Assembly (NCBI GenBank): GCA_020724845.1
Contig: DYGE01000001.1
Location: 122,664-186,663 of the forward strand
DNA length: 64,000 nucleotides
From: Candidatus Paceibacter sp.
Lineage (GTDB): Bacteria; Patescibacteriota; Minisyncoccia; UBA6257; 02-FULL-45-10c
Direction of reading: 5' to 3'
Below the pieces are notes generated by a model. It was not told where the DNA came from. It did no database searches and worked only from the letters and a program-made list of their open reading frames with translations. This document shows, in pieces, positions 38,855 through 48,908 of the stretch. Within the stretch, counting starts at the first letter, position 1. Every line of letters begins with the position of its first letter. The position numbers and the translations under genes are program-made.

Positions 38855-39445
38855 ATGATTTTTGGGGCACTGCTTTTGACAGTGGTACTGCCAGTGATAG
38901 GCATCACCGCTTGCGTCGGCATCCATCATTACAAAGAGAATAAACTGCTGGAAATTTTCTTGGTCATTGCCGAGAAATCAATTAACCAAAAAATCAAAGA
39001 TGAGCAGGCGGACAAAGCCATAAACATTCTGCATAACAACAAGAAAATACCCGCGCCGAATCCGATCCAGATAAACATCTACAACCCAGACGGAGCCATA
39101 GTGGCCTTTTATCTCTTTAAGGCCGAAATACGATACCTGCTGGATTGCATAGATAAGCGCCGAAATCAGAGAAAATACCTTTCCTCGCTGTCTCCCAGGG
39201 CTAGAGGTGACGTACTTAAATTCATTGATAACACAAAGAGATTTCTAAAATTCATTGACTTTGATCATATGGATTTTGAACTGCGATCCCTGTTTCTGCA
39301 CAAAACCTATCGCGCAACCGTGCTGATGTGCCGAAAAATCCCGGATGAAAACAATTATCCTGAGCTGGATTTCATCCCGCTTTTTGAAATTGTTGATAAA
39401 AGCCCCACTAGAACCGTACGACTACTGCCTTACTTCCCTACTTAA
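38855..39445 (+). CDS. Hypothetical membrane-anchored protein
   Basis: N-terminal TM, GAGG SD. Confidence 0.65.
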   Translation: MIFGALLLTVVLPVIGITACVGIHHYKENKLLEIFLVIAEKSINQKIKDEQADKAINILHNNKKIPAPNPIQINIYNPDGAIVAFYLFKAEIRYLLDCIDKRRNQRKYLSSLSPRARGDVLKFIDNTKRFLKFIDFDHMDFELRSLFLHKTYRATVLMCRKIPDENNYPELDFIPLFEIVDKSPTRTVRLLPYFPT

Positions 39446-39446
39446 T

Positions 39447-39508
39447 CCCACACATAACTAAGGTTAGCGCCATAGGCGCAAGTTTTAACTGTCTTAGTTG
39501 CGTGTGGG
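39447..39508. repeat. Palindromic miniature element, family CCCCACACATAAC, copy C
   Basis: cccacacataactaag/cttagttgcgtgtggg; between convergent genes, supplies the stop of the exonuclease gene. Confidence 0.8.
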
Positions 39509-40102
39509 ATTTTTGATTGGCAATTCTTTAATGGATTTATAAACGTCGTAAGCGGCTCTGGCGCCGTTAATAGCGCGGTGCGGCAATGGCTCCGGGTGAA
39601 GTCCTAGAAATTCTGCCAGCCGGCTTAATCGGTATTTTTCCAGCTCATACCCCTTGGCCTCCAAAGCCGCCTTAGCGTGGCTTAAAAGGTCAATCCGATG
39701 ATAATCTAAGGAAGTCTTAATACCAGTCAGCGCATAAGCTATGTCCATGAAGCCCCAGTCCCAGGTGACATTATGCGCGGTGAACACTGCCTCCTTAACT
39801 TTTTCGTTGTACAAGGCCATCGCCTCTTTTAGGCTAAGCGCGTCCTTCCAATCTGCCTCATCATAGCCATTAACTTCTTGAGCGCCGGGATCCATGCGTT
39901 CCGGATGCTCAATCTTAACTTTGACATTGAGTTCGTCCATAACCGTCAGAGTTTTCTGATCAGCCAGTATCAGGCCAATCTCGCAGATTTCGTGCCAGGG
40001 CTGAAAAATTCCGTTTTCGTAACGGAACATTTCCAGGCCGGTCATTTCCAAGTCGGTAAACGCCAGCGGCCTGTCTAAAAAACTCATTTTATCTTCTTGC
40101 AT
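39494..40102 (-). CDS. DEDDh 3'-5' exonuclease
   Basis: FTDLEMTG, AHNVTWDWGF, PHRAING. Confidence 0.88.
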   Translation of the reverse strand: MQEDKMSFLDRPLAFTDLEMTGLEMFRYENGIFQPWHEICEIGLILADQKTLTVMDELNVKVKIEHPERMDPGAQEVNGYDEADWKDALSLKEAMALYNEKVKEAVFTAHNVTWDWGFMDIAYALTGIKTSLDYHRIDLLSHAKAALEAKGYELEKYRLSRLAEFLGLHPEPLPHRAINGARAAYDVYKSIKELPIKNPTRN

Positions 40103-40105
40103 GTT

Positions 40106-40633
40106 CTATTCGGCTATATCGTCCAGGTTTATATCGTATAATATTTTTTCTCTGACGCTCTTATACTCAACTAACTCATTCTCACTGAACCAAACTTTGG
40201 TTTCCTTTTCCGCGTCTTCCGGACTGGAAGAAGCATGCACCAAATTCCTGACCGCTCTGCCGGCGCCTTCGCTATCCGCCAAATCATATGAATCAATCGT
40301 GAAATCTCCCCTAATGGTTCCGACATCCGATTTTAGCGGTTCCGTCGCGCCCACTAACTTGCGGACTACCGGAATCGCCTTGTTGCCCTCAAGCACCATC
40401 GCCACCACCGGGCTGGCAGAAAGGAAATAAGCCAAATGATCTAAAATATTCTGCGGCAAATTCGGATTTATTTTGTAATGCGTATAGGCCTGCTCTTTGG
40501 TCGGCAGCAAAAACTTCATCGCCACAATCTTCAAGCCGGCGCGCTCAAAACGACCGATTATTTCCCCGACCAAATTTCTCTGCACCGCGTCGGGTTTTAA
40601 TAAAACTAGTGTCCTCTCTTTTGGATTCGCCAT
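40106..40633 (-). CDS. ndk: Nucleoside diphosphate kinase
   Basis: ERTLVLLKPDAV, GTIRGDF, NLVHAS. Confidence 0.96.
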   Translation of the reverse strand: MANPKERTLVLLKPDAVQRNLVGEIIGRFERAGLKIVAMKFLLPTKEQAYTHYKINPNLPQNILDHLAYFLSASPVVAMVLEGNKAIPVVRKLVGATEPLKSDVGTIRGDFTIDSYDLADSEGAGRAVRNLVHASSSPEDAEKETKVWFSENELVEYKSVREKILYDINLDDIAE

Positions 40634-40648
40634 AAATTAAAATTTTCT

Positions 40649-41359
40649 TTAGGTAATAATAGTACCAATAAATTTATTGTTTTTAAAGTACTTATCCAAA
40701 TTATCTAGATCATTGCCTTTTAGAAGTGCCACTTTCAAGCCAAGCTTTTCCGCTTTCTTTGAGGCAATCGGGTCAAATGGCACGTTCATCCCCGGCCGCC
40801 ATTCCTGGTCAACAAATTGCCTAAGTTCTTTCCAGGTTATCTTATCAATCGGCTTCGCATCCGGAAATTGCTTCGGATCCTTATCATAAAGCCGATCTAT
40901 GTTGGATAAATTCATGACAGTATTAATTTTATATTTCTCGCATAAAAGCACGGCGTCATAATCGGTAGACCACCCCGGCTTCCAGCCGGCGCCGATCACC
41001 ACAGGAGCTTTTGCTTCTTTGAGATTCTCATAGTCCTTAATGATCGCTGGATCGGCTAAATCCCGAAAAATCGTCCTGATTAAATGCGCGTTAAGTCTGG
41101 TAGTATGGATACCCAGCCAGTCCAGATCTTCCGAAGTCAACATCGGGCCCAAAACCTCCTTGCTAACATCCCGGTATTGCCTAGCGACTTTGCCGCCTCC
41201 GGTAATAATAAAAAACTGATAACTATTGTTATCAGCCAATTTTTTACGGATAAATTTATTGAATTCGGAGAGAAATTCGGTATCAAGGCCTTGATCAGTA
41301 AAAATCAAACTGCCCCCTAAAGAAATTACTACTCTATCTTTCTGGTTATTTTTATCCAT
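40649..41359 (-). CDS. pyrH: UMP kinase (archaeal-type)
   Basis: ISLGGS, GGGKVARQY, GWKPGWSTDYDA, PFDPIA; probable start MDKNN overlapping the aspS stop. Confidence 0.92.
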   Translation of the reverse strand: MDKNNQKDRVVISLGGSLIFTDQGLDTEFLSEFNKFIRKKLADNNSYQFFIITGGGKVARQYRDVSKEVLGPMLTSEDLDWLGIHTTRLNAHLIRTIFRDLADPAIIKDYENLKEAKAPVVIGAGWKPGWSTDYDAVLLCEKYKINTVMNLSNIDRLYDKDPKQFPDAKPIDKITWKELRQFVDQEWRPGMNVPFDPIASKKAEKLGLKVALLKGNDLDNLDKYFKNNKFIGTIIT

Positions 41360-42782
41360 TGTTTTTTTCAGTTTCTTCTTTGGCAATTTTTATTCCCAGC
41401 TCTTTAAGCTGCTCTTTACTGACATCGCTCGGAGCGCCCATCAGCAGATCCCGGCCGTCGCCGGTTTTTGGAAACGCGATCACCTCCCGGATATTCGGTT
41501 CGTTTTGAAGAATCATTACTATTCTGTCCAATCCCGGAGCAATGCCGCCGTGCGGAGGAACGCCATAAGTAAACGCTTTTAATAAATGCCCAAATTTTTC
41601 CCGCACGTCTTCCGGCTTGTTGCCCATAGCCTCGAAAACTGCCGCTAACAATTCCGGGTCGTGTATTCTGATGGAGCCGCCGCCTACTTCATAGCCGTTC
41701 AAAACAAAGTCGTATTGATCAGCCATAATTTCTCCAGGATTTTTCTCGAATACCGCTCGAAATTCCGCAGCATCCTTCACTTTTGGTTTGGTAAATGGAT
41801 GGTGCACAGCATCCCACCTCTTTTCAGTTTCTTTCCATTCAAATGCAGGAAAATCCACGACAAAAAGAAACGCTAATTCGTCAGGGTCATTTTTGTCGCC
41901 CCTGACATCCGGCTTGTCGGTATTGTATTTCTCCATTACCTCTTTGTAAGGCACCCTGGGAATCCTACCATTCGCATCCAGTTTCAGCTTCTTGTTGGGA
42001 TACAATTTTCTGACCATCCCTAAAAATAATTCTTCGGTCAAATTCAAAATATCATCTTCAGTAACAAAACTCATCTCAATATCCAATTGGGTAAACTCCG
42101 GCTGGCGGTCGCCGCGGGTATCTTCATCGCGGAAACATCGAGGAAATTGAAAATACCGTTCCAAGCCAGCTACCATCAGCAACTGCTTGTATTGCTGAGG
42201 CGACTGCGGCAAAGCATAGAATTTTCCATGATGCAGGCGGGAGGGAACCAAATAGTCCCGGGCGCCCTCTGGGGTGGATTTTCCAAGAACAGGAGTTTCT
42301 ACTTCCACAAAATCCTTTTCCGTCAAAAAGTCCCTTACGTATTTAGTAATTCTATGGCGGGCCTTAAGGTTGTTTTTAAGCCGGGAACGGCGAAGGTCCA
42401 AATAACGATATTCCATCCTATGATCTTCGCCTATTTCGTAGCCATCGCCGGAAACGTCAATCGGCGGAGTTTCGGCCTGGTTCAGAACCTCTAATCCTTC
42501 GGCCAAAACTTCGTACTCGCCGGTAGCCAAATCTTTATTGACTAAATTTTCCGGCCGCTTGTTTATCTGGCCGGTAATTTTTACCACCCACTCCTGCCTT
42601 AGGGTGCTCGCAATCTCATACAATTCCTTCGGCTTGCTCAAAAAAACTACCTGGCACTTGCCGCTCCTGTCTCGAAGATCAATAAAAATTATTTTACCGT
42701 GATCGCGCCGGACATCCACCCAGCCTTTCAGTTCAACTTTCTCGCCTTCTTTTTTTGTAATGTCGTTTATAAGGGTTCTCAT
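41352..42782 (-). CDS. aspS: Aspartate--tRNA ligase (no GAD domain)
   Basis: RRDHG, PEGARDY, LPQSPQ, FRDED, PPHGG. Confidence 0.97.
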   Translation of the reverse strand: MRTLINDITKKEGEKVELKGWVDVRRDHGKIIFIDLRDRSGKCQVVFLSKPKELYEIASTLRQEWVVKITGQINKRPENLVNKDLATGEYEVLAEGLEVLNQAETPPIDVSGDGYEIGEDHRMEYRYLDLRRSRLKNNLKARHRITKYVRDFLTEKDFVEVETPVLGKSTPEGARDYLVPSRLHHGKFYALPQSPQQYKQLLMVAGLERYFQFPRCFRDEDTRGDRQPEFTQLDIEMSFVTEDDILNLTEELFLGMVRKLYPNKKLKLDANGRIPRVPYKEVMEKYNTDKPDVRGDKNDPDELAFLFVVDFPAFEWKETEKRWDAVHHPFTKPKVKDAAEFRAVFEKNPGEIMADQYDFVLNGYEVGGGSIRIHDPELLAAVFEAMGNKPEDVREKFGHLLKAFTYGVPPHGGIAPGLDRIVMILQNEPNIREVIAFPKTGDGRDLLMGAPSDVSKEQLKELGIKIAKEETEKNNG

Positions 42783-42849
42783 TTGTTTTTATTTTGATTA
42801 TCAGTCAATAACAAATATAACCTAATTTTTGAAAAAGAAAAAGGCGCCT

Positions 42850-43071
42850 TTACAAGGCGCCGAAAGACCGTTGGTCTTTCTTCTTAAGGTTCAAACGGGA
42901 TTCCAGCGTATCCCCTACAACCGCGAAAATCCAGACAAAAGCCAGCAATCCGATCCCAATCAAGGCTAGATCGCTGATTCCCTTCATCTTCGCCCAGAGA
43001 ATAAGCGCTCCGATCGGAGCAGACAAAACGGATCCGTACCGAATGCTCTGCTTCTGAATCATCAGCCGCAT
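42850..43071 (-). CDS. Small two-TM protein
   Basis: AGGAGG SD before MRLMIQ; own TTGACA promoter. Confidence 0.65.
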   Translation of the reverse strand: MRLMIQKQSIRYGSVLSAPIGALILWAKMKGISDLALIGIGLLAFVWIFAVVGDTLESRLNLKKKDQRSFGAL

Positions 43072-43178
43072 ACCAGGCCTCCTTTGCGATTTTTTATAAT
43101 ATAACATATTTCTCTCTATTTTGTCAAATTAAAAAGGCCCTGCCGCCAGTTTGTAACTGACAGCAGGGCTTTGGGAGA

Positions 43179-43427
43179 TCACGCGGGAATCTTCTTCTCC
43201 ATAATCTCCCGAGCTAGCTCTGATTCGCTGTTTCCGCATCGGTAGCAATGAATCATCGCGGCTCGGCCGCTCTTGCCCGACTTAGCGTATGTCAGGCAAC
43301 TGCCGCACTTCCGGCATCTGGGCGTCATAGCCCAGTTCAGGAAGAACATCAGTACGATCAGCCCTAATCCAGCGATCACTCCCACGCAAAGAGTAATCAC
43401 GAAGGCCTGCAGAATCGCGCTCATCAT
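43179..43427 (-). CDS. Small membrane-anchored zinc-ribbon protein
   Basis: TM then CRKC...CYRC; GGAGG SD; terminator at 43130-43168. Confidence 0.7.
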   Translation of the reverse strand: MMSAILQAFVITLCVGVIAGLGLIVLMFFLNWAMTPRCRKCGSCLTYAKSGKSGRAAMIHCYRCGNSESELAREIMEKKIPA

Positions 43428-43542
43428 TTCCTCCCCCAGCCATATTTTATAGACTATAGCATTGTAACACACATTATTCCAAATTGTCAAATCAAAAAAT
43501 AAGGCCCACCTTGCGGTGAGCCTTTGTGATAAAAGTCAATTA

Positions 43543-44208
43543 CTACTTAGTAACCTGAAGCGGGTCCATCGTGCCGGTCTCGTAAGCCTCGCGCGTGCTC
43601 TTAGTAAGCACGATCAGATACATCTGCTCGCGAGCCTCCGTGCCGCGCAGGACCTTGGTTCCAATCCTGGCCTCCAATCCCTGGCTGGGGAAACCCAGCC
43701 AACCCACGACCCGGCTCCGAACCAACCCCTTCTCGCGCCACACGTCATAGCCGCGAAGCTGATCCAGAAGCTTGGTCTGCTTGTTCTTATACGCCTCCCG
43801 AAGAGAGGCGACCAAGCTGCCAACACGGTCGTAGATGTCCAGGCCTTTCAGATCTGGATAGGCCTCCATGATCGCCGAAAAGAACGGCGTTCCTTGGCCA
43901 TATCCCATCTTTCCGTTCTCCCCTTCGTAGCGGCCTTTCACCGCGTCCGAGAGAATCTGGTCGAACTTCTCCGACTTCAGATTGGCAATGCCGATCTGCT
44001 CGTGGAAGTTCGAGATCAGGTTGGAGAGCTCGTTCTGGTTGTCCGAGTACTGCGCGTTCAGCTGCTTCTCGCGGGCGATTCCTTCGTTACGAACGCCGTC
44101 CACATAGAAGAAGAGCACCGCGCCCGCGGCCAAAAGGACCGCGAGCAGGCCGCCGAGCGCCACCAGACCGACTACCAGCGCGCTGCCACTGTCTTTCCCG
44201 TTCTTCAT
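43543..44208 (-). CDS. Membrane-anchored LemA-like helical protein (phage-type family)
   Basis: N-terminal TM, QLNAQYSDNQNEL, AVKGRYEG, EAYPDL; GGAG SD. Confidence 0.75.
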   Translation of the reverse strand: MKNGKDSGSALVVGLVALGGLLAVLLAAGAVLFFYVDGVRNEGIAREKQLNAQYSDNQNELSNLISNFHEQIGIANLKSEKFDQILSDAVKGRYEGENGKMGYGQGTPFFSAIMEAYPDLKGLDIYDRVGSLVASLREAYKNKQTKLLDQLRGYDVWREKGLVRSRVVGWLGFPSQGLEARIGTKVLRGTEAREQMYLIVLTKSTREAYETGTMDPLQVTK

Positions 44209-44282
44209 GATTTTTCTCCTCTTTGCTCCAGCATCTGCCGGAGCGGTTCTTGTCCCGACTCAACATCGGGACAGCCCAGCGA

Positions 44283-45728
44283 TCAGCGATAAGTTCTTCG
44301 CCACCGCGGGGCGTACGGCCACGCTCTTTCCCCTACTAGAATCGCCGCAATCCATGCCAGCATAGAAGCCAAGAAGGCCCCGATAGCAATCCAGATTTTC
44401 TGCTTCCTCGTAAGCTCTATTTCACTCTTAAGGTATTCAAACCCGCGCATGCGCACCCTTTGAAACTTGCTACTCGGATCATCCAGGCCCCAAAAGATGC
44501 GGTTAAGCATGCCTTTGCCATGGACCAGCTCCGCAGTCTGGTGCCGCAGATTGTTCTCGCTCATCCGAAAGACGAATTTCCCCTGAATCTTTCCGATCAA
44601 CGATTCCGGAGTCAAAGGGCTGCCTGACAGAGATTCCCTTATGGTAGCCGTCATATGCTCATTGCCAAGGGGCATGCCGGTAATGGCTCTCGCCCAACTC
44701 ACCGAATTGCCGTCACTGGTACCCACCAGAACAATAATGCTGTTCTTGCTGATAGCGTTCTTTTGAAAAAACTTCGGATTCTGCCAGTAGGCCTTAAGCG
44801 CCAACAGGTACTCGTCCGGATTGGCGGACACTTCGTCGTTTTTCACAATGACTAAGTGCAAGTCGCCTTCCAGTTCGGTGCCGATACCGGCGTTCAAATA
44901 AGACAAACTCTTCTGCCAGCCGTAATCATTGCCGGGGTTAAATCCAACGAAATACGCCTTACGCGCGTGATAAAAATCATGCACATCAGTCGTAAGCGCC
45001 GGAAGCAACCCTTTGGCTAGATACTTCTCAATCGCGCCGGAATGCTGCTGCAAGATGGTTCTCTCGCTTGCCAAAATGAAGTTGTCGTATCTGGCCCGCG
45101 TGGTAACCGGCCCCGGTTCTCCGGAACTGACTCTCTCCTGGACTCTCTCCCAGAAAGGCGGGATGCCTGTACCAGCCCTGCTAATCACATAATCCGGAAC
45201 ATTGACCCCAGTCCGCCAGCGATGAGCCTGCGGGTTATCCGGGAGACGATGCTCGCTGATCGTGTAATCACCGAGCGTCGTTTGAACTGTGTAAGTCGTC
45301 TCCTGATCAACATAAGGACAGCTATGATACCGCTTCTCTCTGCGCGTGCAAGTCTTATGAACCCGACGCCTATTCTCCCCGCTACCGGTATAGTAGCTAC
45401 AGTCGTAGCTTACAGTAACCCAGTACGGATCGCAGTCGTATTCGTAACGGCAAGGGCCGTCGCGAGTACAGCGGTAAACCTTGGTCAAGGCCTTCAGCTC
45501 CCAACCATTCCGGTATTCATAGAACCCGAGGTTGTTCGCTTGCGCCATTTTCCAGCCCCCGTAGAGGCTCAACGGAACGAGAAGGACGCTAATAGCGGCT
45601 AAGCCAATGGCGTACTCCGTCCAGGTGATCTCCTTATCGCTATTGGAAGAGTCCAAAGCGAACTTAACCAACAAACCTGCGATAGCAGCGGCAATGACCG
45701 CTAAGATCGCTAGAGCAAACATCGGCAT
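44283..45728 (-). CDS. Multi-TM protein with a Cys-rich extracytoplasmic domain (phage-type family)
   Basis: 2 N-terminal TM, CTRDGPC..YDCD, YDNFILAS, AYW...KNSIIV, C-terminal TM; GGAGGTG SD. Confidence 0.75.
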   Translation of the reverse strand: MPMFALAILAVIAAAIAGLLVKFALDSSNSDKEITWTEYAIGLAAISVLLVPLSLYGGWKMAQANNLGFYEYRNGWELKALTKVYRCTRDGPCRYEYDCDPYWVTVSYDCSYYTGSGENRRRVHKTCTRREKRYHSCPYVDQETTYTVQTTLGDYTISEHRLPDNPQAHRWRTGVNVPDYVISRAGTGIPPFWERVQERVSSGEPGPVTTRARYDNFILASERTILQQHSGAIEKYLAKGLLPALTTDVHDFYHARKAYFVGFNPGNDYGWQKSLSYLNAGIGTELEGDLHLVIVKNDEVSANPDEYLLALKAYWQNPKFFQKNAISKNSIIVLVGTSDGNSVSWARAITGMPLGNEHMTATIRESLSGSPLTPESLIGKIQGKFVFRMSENNLRHQTAELVHGKGMLNRIFWGLDDPSSKFQRVRMRGFEYLKSEIELTRKQKIWIAIGAFLASMLAWIAAILVGERAWPYAPRWRRTYR

Positions 45729-45811
45729 GCCATACACCTCCCCTATAGGATTTTTCAGGTGCTGCAAACTGACGATATTATAGCTTAAATTTAATATAAT
45801 GTCAAATTATT

Positions 45812-46687
45812 TTACTCTCCGGAAAAGACCCGTATTTTGCCGTCATTCGCTGTAATTTTCACTAGTCCGTTCAGGTCAGTCCTGTAAATCTGCGAGCCGA
45901 AACTGGCTAACCTAGCCAACGTCTGGCCGGTAGGATGGCCGTAACTATTCTTCCCTACCTCAATCACGGATATCAGCGGAGTAACCGAGCTTAGAAACTT
46001 CCAATCGGAGGAATATTTTGAGCCGTGATGGCTGACTTTCAAAATATCCGCGTCCACATCGTACTTATCAGCGATCCGCCTTTCGGTTTCATCGCTAATA
46101 TCCCCGGTAAACAAAACTTTAGCCCCTTCGCTCTCAAGCAGCGCGACCAAGCTTAAATCATTAACATCCCTGGCCCATCCGTTTTTCTCGGGTGATAAGA
46201 TGCTAATTTGAGAATCCAGATATTTTATCCTGTCTCCGGAAAAGAGAGTTATCCTCGCTACCTCTTTTTCTCTGATAACCAGTTCCAATTCCTGCCAAGC
46301 GGAGCTCTGGCTAGTTTGCCCGCCCAGCAATACCGCGCCTACTTTATAATCCTTTACAAGCTCAACGAAACCGCCGAAATGATCCAACTGCGGATGAGAA
46401 ATCATCACTAAATCTATATAACGGTCATTAACGGGCAGAATATTTTCCAGATTGGCCTGCAGCTTGCCATTCGGTTGCCCGCCGTCAATTAAAAGCTTCG
46501 GCCCGCCGGGCATAATGATCAACGAACTGTCCCCTTGCCCGACGTCTAAAAAATACAGCTCTAAATCTTGGGAGTCTGCCGGAAAAATAATTAAAAACCA
46601 AACCAGCGCGTCCAACGCTACCAGCGAGGCAACGACAATCTTGAGATGCTTGATATTATCTTCTCCTTTCATAAAATAAAAATCCAA
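45812..46687 (-). CDS. ComEC-associated metallo-beta-lactamase domain protein
   Basis: FLDVGQGDS, SHPQLDHFGG, LKVSHHGS, NSYGHP. Confidence 0.93.
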   Translation of the reverse strand: MDFYFMKGEDNIKHLKIVVASLVALDALVWFLIIFPADSQDLELYFLDVGQGDSSLIIMPGGPKLLIDGGQPNGKLQANLENILPVNDRYIDLVMISHPQLDHFGGFVELVKDYKVGAVLLGGQTSQSSAWQELELVIREKEVARITLFSGDRIKYLDSQISILSPEKNGWARDVNDLSLVALLESEGAKVLFTGDISDETERRIADKYDVDADILKVSHHGSKYSSDWKFLSSVTPLISVIEVGKNSYGHPTGQTLARLASFGSQIYRTDLNGLVKITANDGKIRVFSGE

Positions 46688-48056
46688 TTAAAAATAAATA
46701 ATACAATGCCGCGGCAAAAAATCCAAAAGATTCGGTGACTATCGCCAAACTTATTTTTGAAAATAAATCTATGACCCAAAGCTCATATGACAAGAGCAAG
46801 TTCAAGGCCACTCCCACAATGCCGGCTAAAAAATCGGAAAAAAGTCCAAGACCGCCCATTATGAAACCAAGGCCCATAGTAACAGGGATAACGGAGAGGA
46901 TAAGGATGTTGGCAAGAAAGGAAGTCAGCGAGAACATGCCGAAATTGCCAAGCAGAAGCGGTACGACCGCCAGCTGGGCGGAAACCGTGGTAAGCATATT
47001 CTCTTTCCAATCCAGCCGACCCTTACCATGCATCCCGGACACATCCTGCAGAACCGGCATTAAATAAACGATTCCCAACAAAGCGGCAAAGGAGAGCTGA
47101 AATCCCAAGTCAAACGCCAAAATCCTCGGATTAAATAGGGCCATCGCGAACGCGGCTATGACGATCGCGTTTCGCATGCTGTAAAGACGCTCAGTCTCTT
47201 TCGCCAAAAGCGCTATGATACCCATAATGGCCGCCCTGATGATGGACGCTTCTCCACCGGTCATCAGCACAAATAAAATAATCACTAAGACGCTTAAATA
47301 AAAAGTGGCGCTTCTTGAAAAATAAACGCCGAAAAATCCGGCTGCCACCATAGCGATAACGGAAATATTATATCCGGAAAGAGCAACCAGATGAGTCGTG
47401 CCGCTAAGCGACATCTTCTCCTCAAATTCTTTTGAGAACTCCTGCCGTTCGCCCAAAGTAATGCCGGCCAAAAAAGCGGCTTTTTGCGATGGCAAGCTGC
47501 TCTTGAAAACCCTTATTATCCTGTTTTTCAGGCGCAGCAATGCCGCTTTAACAAAATTGCCCCGGCCGGATTCCAGCAGCTCGATTTGGGCATAGTTAGA
47601 TATGCCGGCTATGTTTTCTTTTTGATAATAATCCAGGAAATCGCCCTCCGGCCGCTTAATAATGCCGCTTATTTTTAGGGAATCGCCGTATTCAAAATCC
47701 GGATATCGCGCGGCGTTAACCTGTATTTGCCCTTTATGCGGGTCGCGCAAATTCACCAGCAGTCTCTGTCGGGATTGGAAATGTTCGGCTTTTCTGACTA
47801 CGCCGGTAACCTCTGACGACTCATCAAAAGGAATTTCTATAAATCCCCGCGCGTAATCAAAAACGAAAAAATATAATCCGCCAATTAACAGCGCCAGCGA
47901 CAAAAAAGCAATCAGAAATTTCCTGAAAAATAAAAAATAGGCTGGCAACAGCAAGCCCAGCAGCAAAACCGCCGACAAACTATTAAAGACGCTAGCGAGG
48001 AAAATTCCTAAGAGGAAAAAGGCGCAAAACCAGAAAGCTAGGTCATGAAGATGCAT
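46656..48056 (-). CDS. comEC: ComEC/Rec2 DNA uptake channel (membrane part)
   Basis: GTTHLVALSGYNI, SIIRAAIM, DLGFQLSF; probable start MHLHD. Confidence 0.93.
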   Translation of the reverse strand: MHLHDLAFWFCAFFLLGIFLASVFNSLSAVLLLGLLLPAYFLFFRKFLIAFLSLALLIGGLYFFVFDYARGFIEIPFDESSEVTGVVRKAEHFQSRQRLLVNLRDPHKGQIQVNAARYPDFEYGDSLKISGIIKRPEGDFLDYYQKENIAGISNYAQIELLESGRGNFVKAALLRLKNRIIRVFKSSLPSQKAAFLAGITLGERQEFSKEFEEKMSLSGTTHLVALSGYNISVIAMVAAGFFGVYFSRSATFYLSVLVIILFVLMTGGEASIIRAAIMGIIALLAKETERLYSMRNAIVIAAFAMALFNPRILAFDLGFQLSFAALLGIVYLMPVLQDVSGMHGKGRLDWKENMLTTVSAQLAVVPLLLGNFGMFSLTSFLANILILSVIPVTMGLGFIMGGLGLFSDFLAGIVGVALNLLLSYELWVIDLFSKISLAIVTESFGFFAAALYYLFLIGFLFYERRR

Positions 48057-48111
48057 CCCTCTAAAATACAAAAAGGCCCGCCTTGTTACAAGCGCGGGCC
48101 AGAAAAAACAA

Positions 48112-48540
48112 CTAAAGCGTATCAGCGGATCGGGTTAGAAAACTGCCGTCAGGCAACAGAACCGTTATTTCTTGAACTGCCGGGAAAAGCCGGAAAATAG
48201 TATCGGTGTGCTTTTCAGCGGCAAGCAAGATTCTGTCCAGTCGCTCCTCCTCTTGTCTTTCTTTGCATTCCTCTAGGAGACGATCCGCGGCCGCCTTCAG
48301 CTGCTCTTTATGGCGCTGAAGGACCCAAGCAACGGTTTCCTTTCTCTGCCTTGCCAAATCCTTCTCCAGTTCGCCACGATAATACCGATCGGCGTCGCGG
48401 TGCTTTTCCAGCCGCACTCTCTTCAGCCATTCGGCGTGGCTTTGCGAAATTCTTAGAGCGCGCGCCACTTCCTGGACGCTCGCCCCTCTACGGAACAGCA
48501 GGTCGGACTCGCTGTAAAGATCGCTCTGTTTTAGCCTCAC
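48112..48540 (-). CDS. Hypothetical protein with N-terminal HTH-like motif
   Basis: GASVQEVARALRIS; GGAGGT SD; terminator at 48070-48099. Confidence 0.65.
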   Translation of the reverse strand: MRLKQSDLYSESDLLFRRGASVQEVARALRISQSHAEWLKRVRLEKHRDADRYYRGELEKDLARQRKETVAWVLQRHKEQLKAAADRLLEECKERQEEERLDRILLAAEKHTDTIFRLFPAVQEITVLLPDGSFLTRSADTL

Positions 48541-48611
48541 AGCTTACCTCCAAAGATTGTACGGCCTTGCACTAGCGATATAATAACACGAAAAGTAACT
48601 TAATGCAAGAT

Positions 48612-48908
48612 CTACCGCGCTTGCTTGCCGATTTTTAAAAAGTCCTTCATTTCCCTTATTAAACCATCCCATTCTTCATCCCGAATCTGGCTTAAACCGG
48701 GGACTTTATCCTCTAAAAATTTATTGATCTCTGTGGCGCTGCCGCTTTCGGCTAACTGGTTAAACTCCGCCTGGTCCTCCTTGTTTAATTTCTCATAAAC
48801 CCTTAATAAGAGCCGCCTTAAAAGCGAATCCGCCAGCTGAACCATCACCTGATTCTTTTCTTCTTCGGTAAATTTTTCCAATCCGAGTTCTTTAATTAAA
48901 TCCGCCAT
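48612..48908 (-). CDS. CPR small protein (DUF5663-like)
   Basis: ELGLEKFTEEEK...FLEDKVP pattern. Confidence 0.7.
   Translation of the reverse strand: MADLIKELGLEKFTEEEKNQVMVQLADSLLRRLLLRVYEKLNKEDQAEFNQLAESGSATEINKFLEDKVPGLSQIRDEEWDGLIREMKDFLKIGKQAR

Noticed and set aside
5400-42782. Short ProRS, AlaRS and AspRS as pseudogenes
   Set aside because: Catalytic motifs are intact; domain-reduced forms are normal for CPR
43516-44292. 258-aa plus-strand ORF (likewise 24769-25305, 23709-24314, 45042-45602)
   Set aside because: Antisense shadows of GC-rich minus-strand genes that have SD, promoter and terminator
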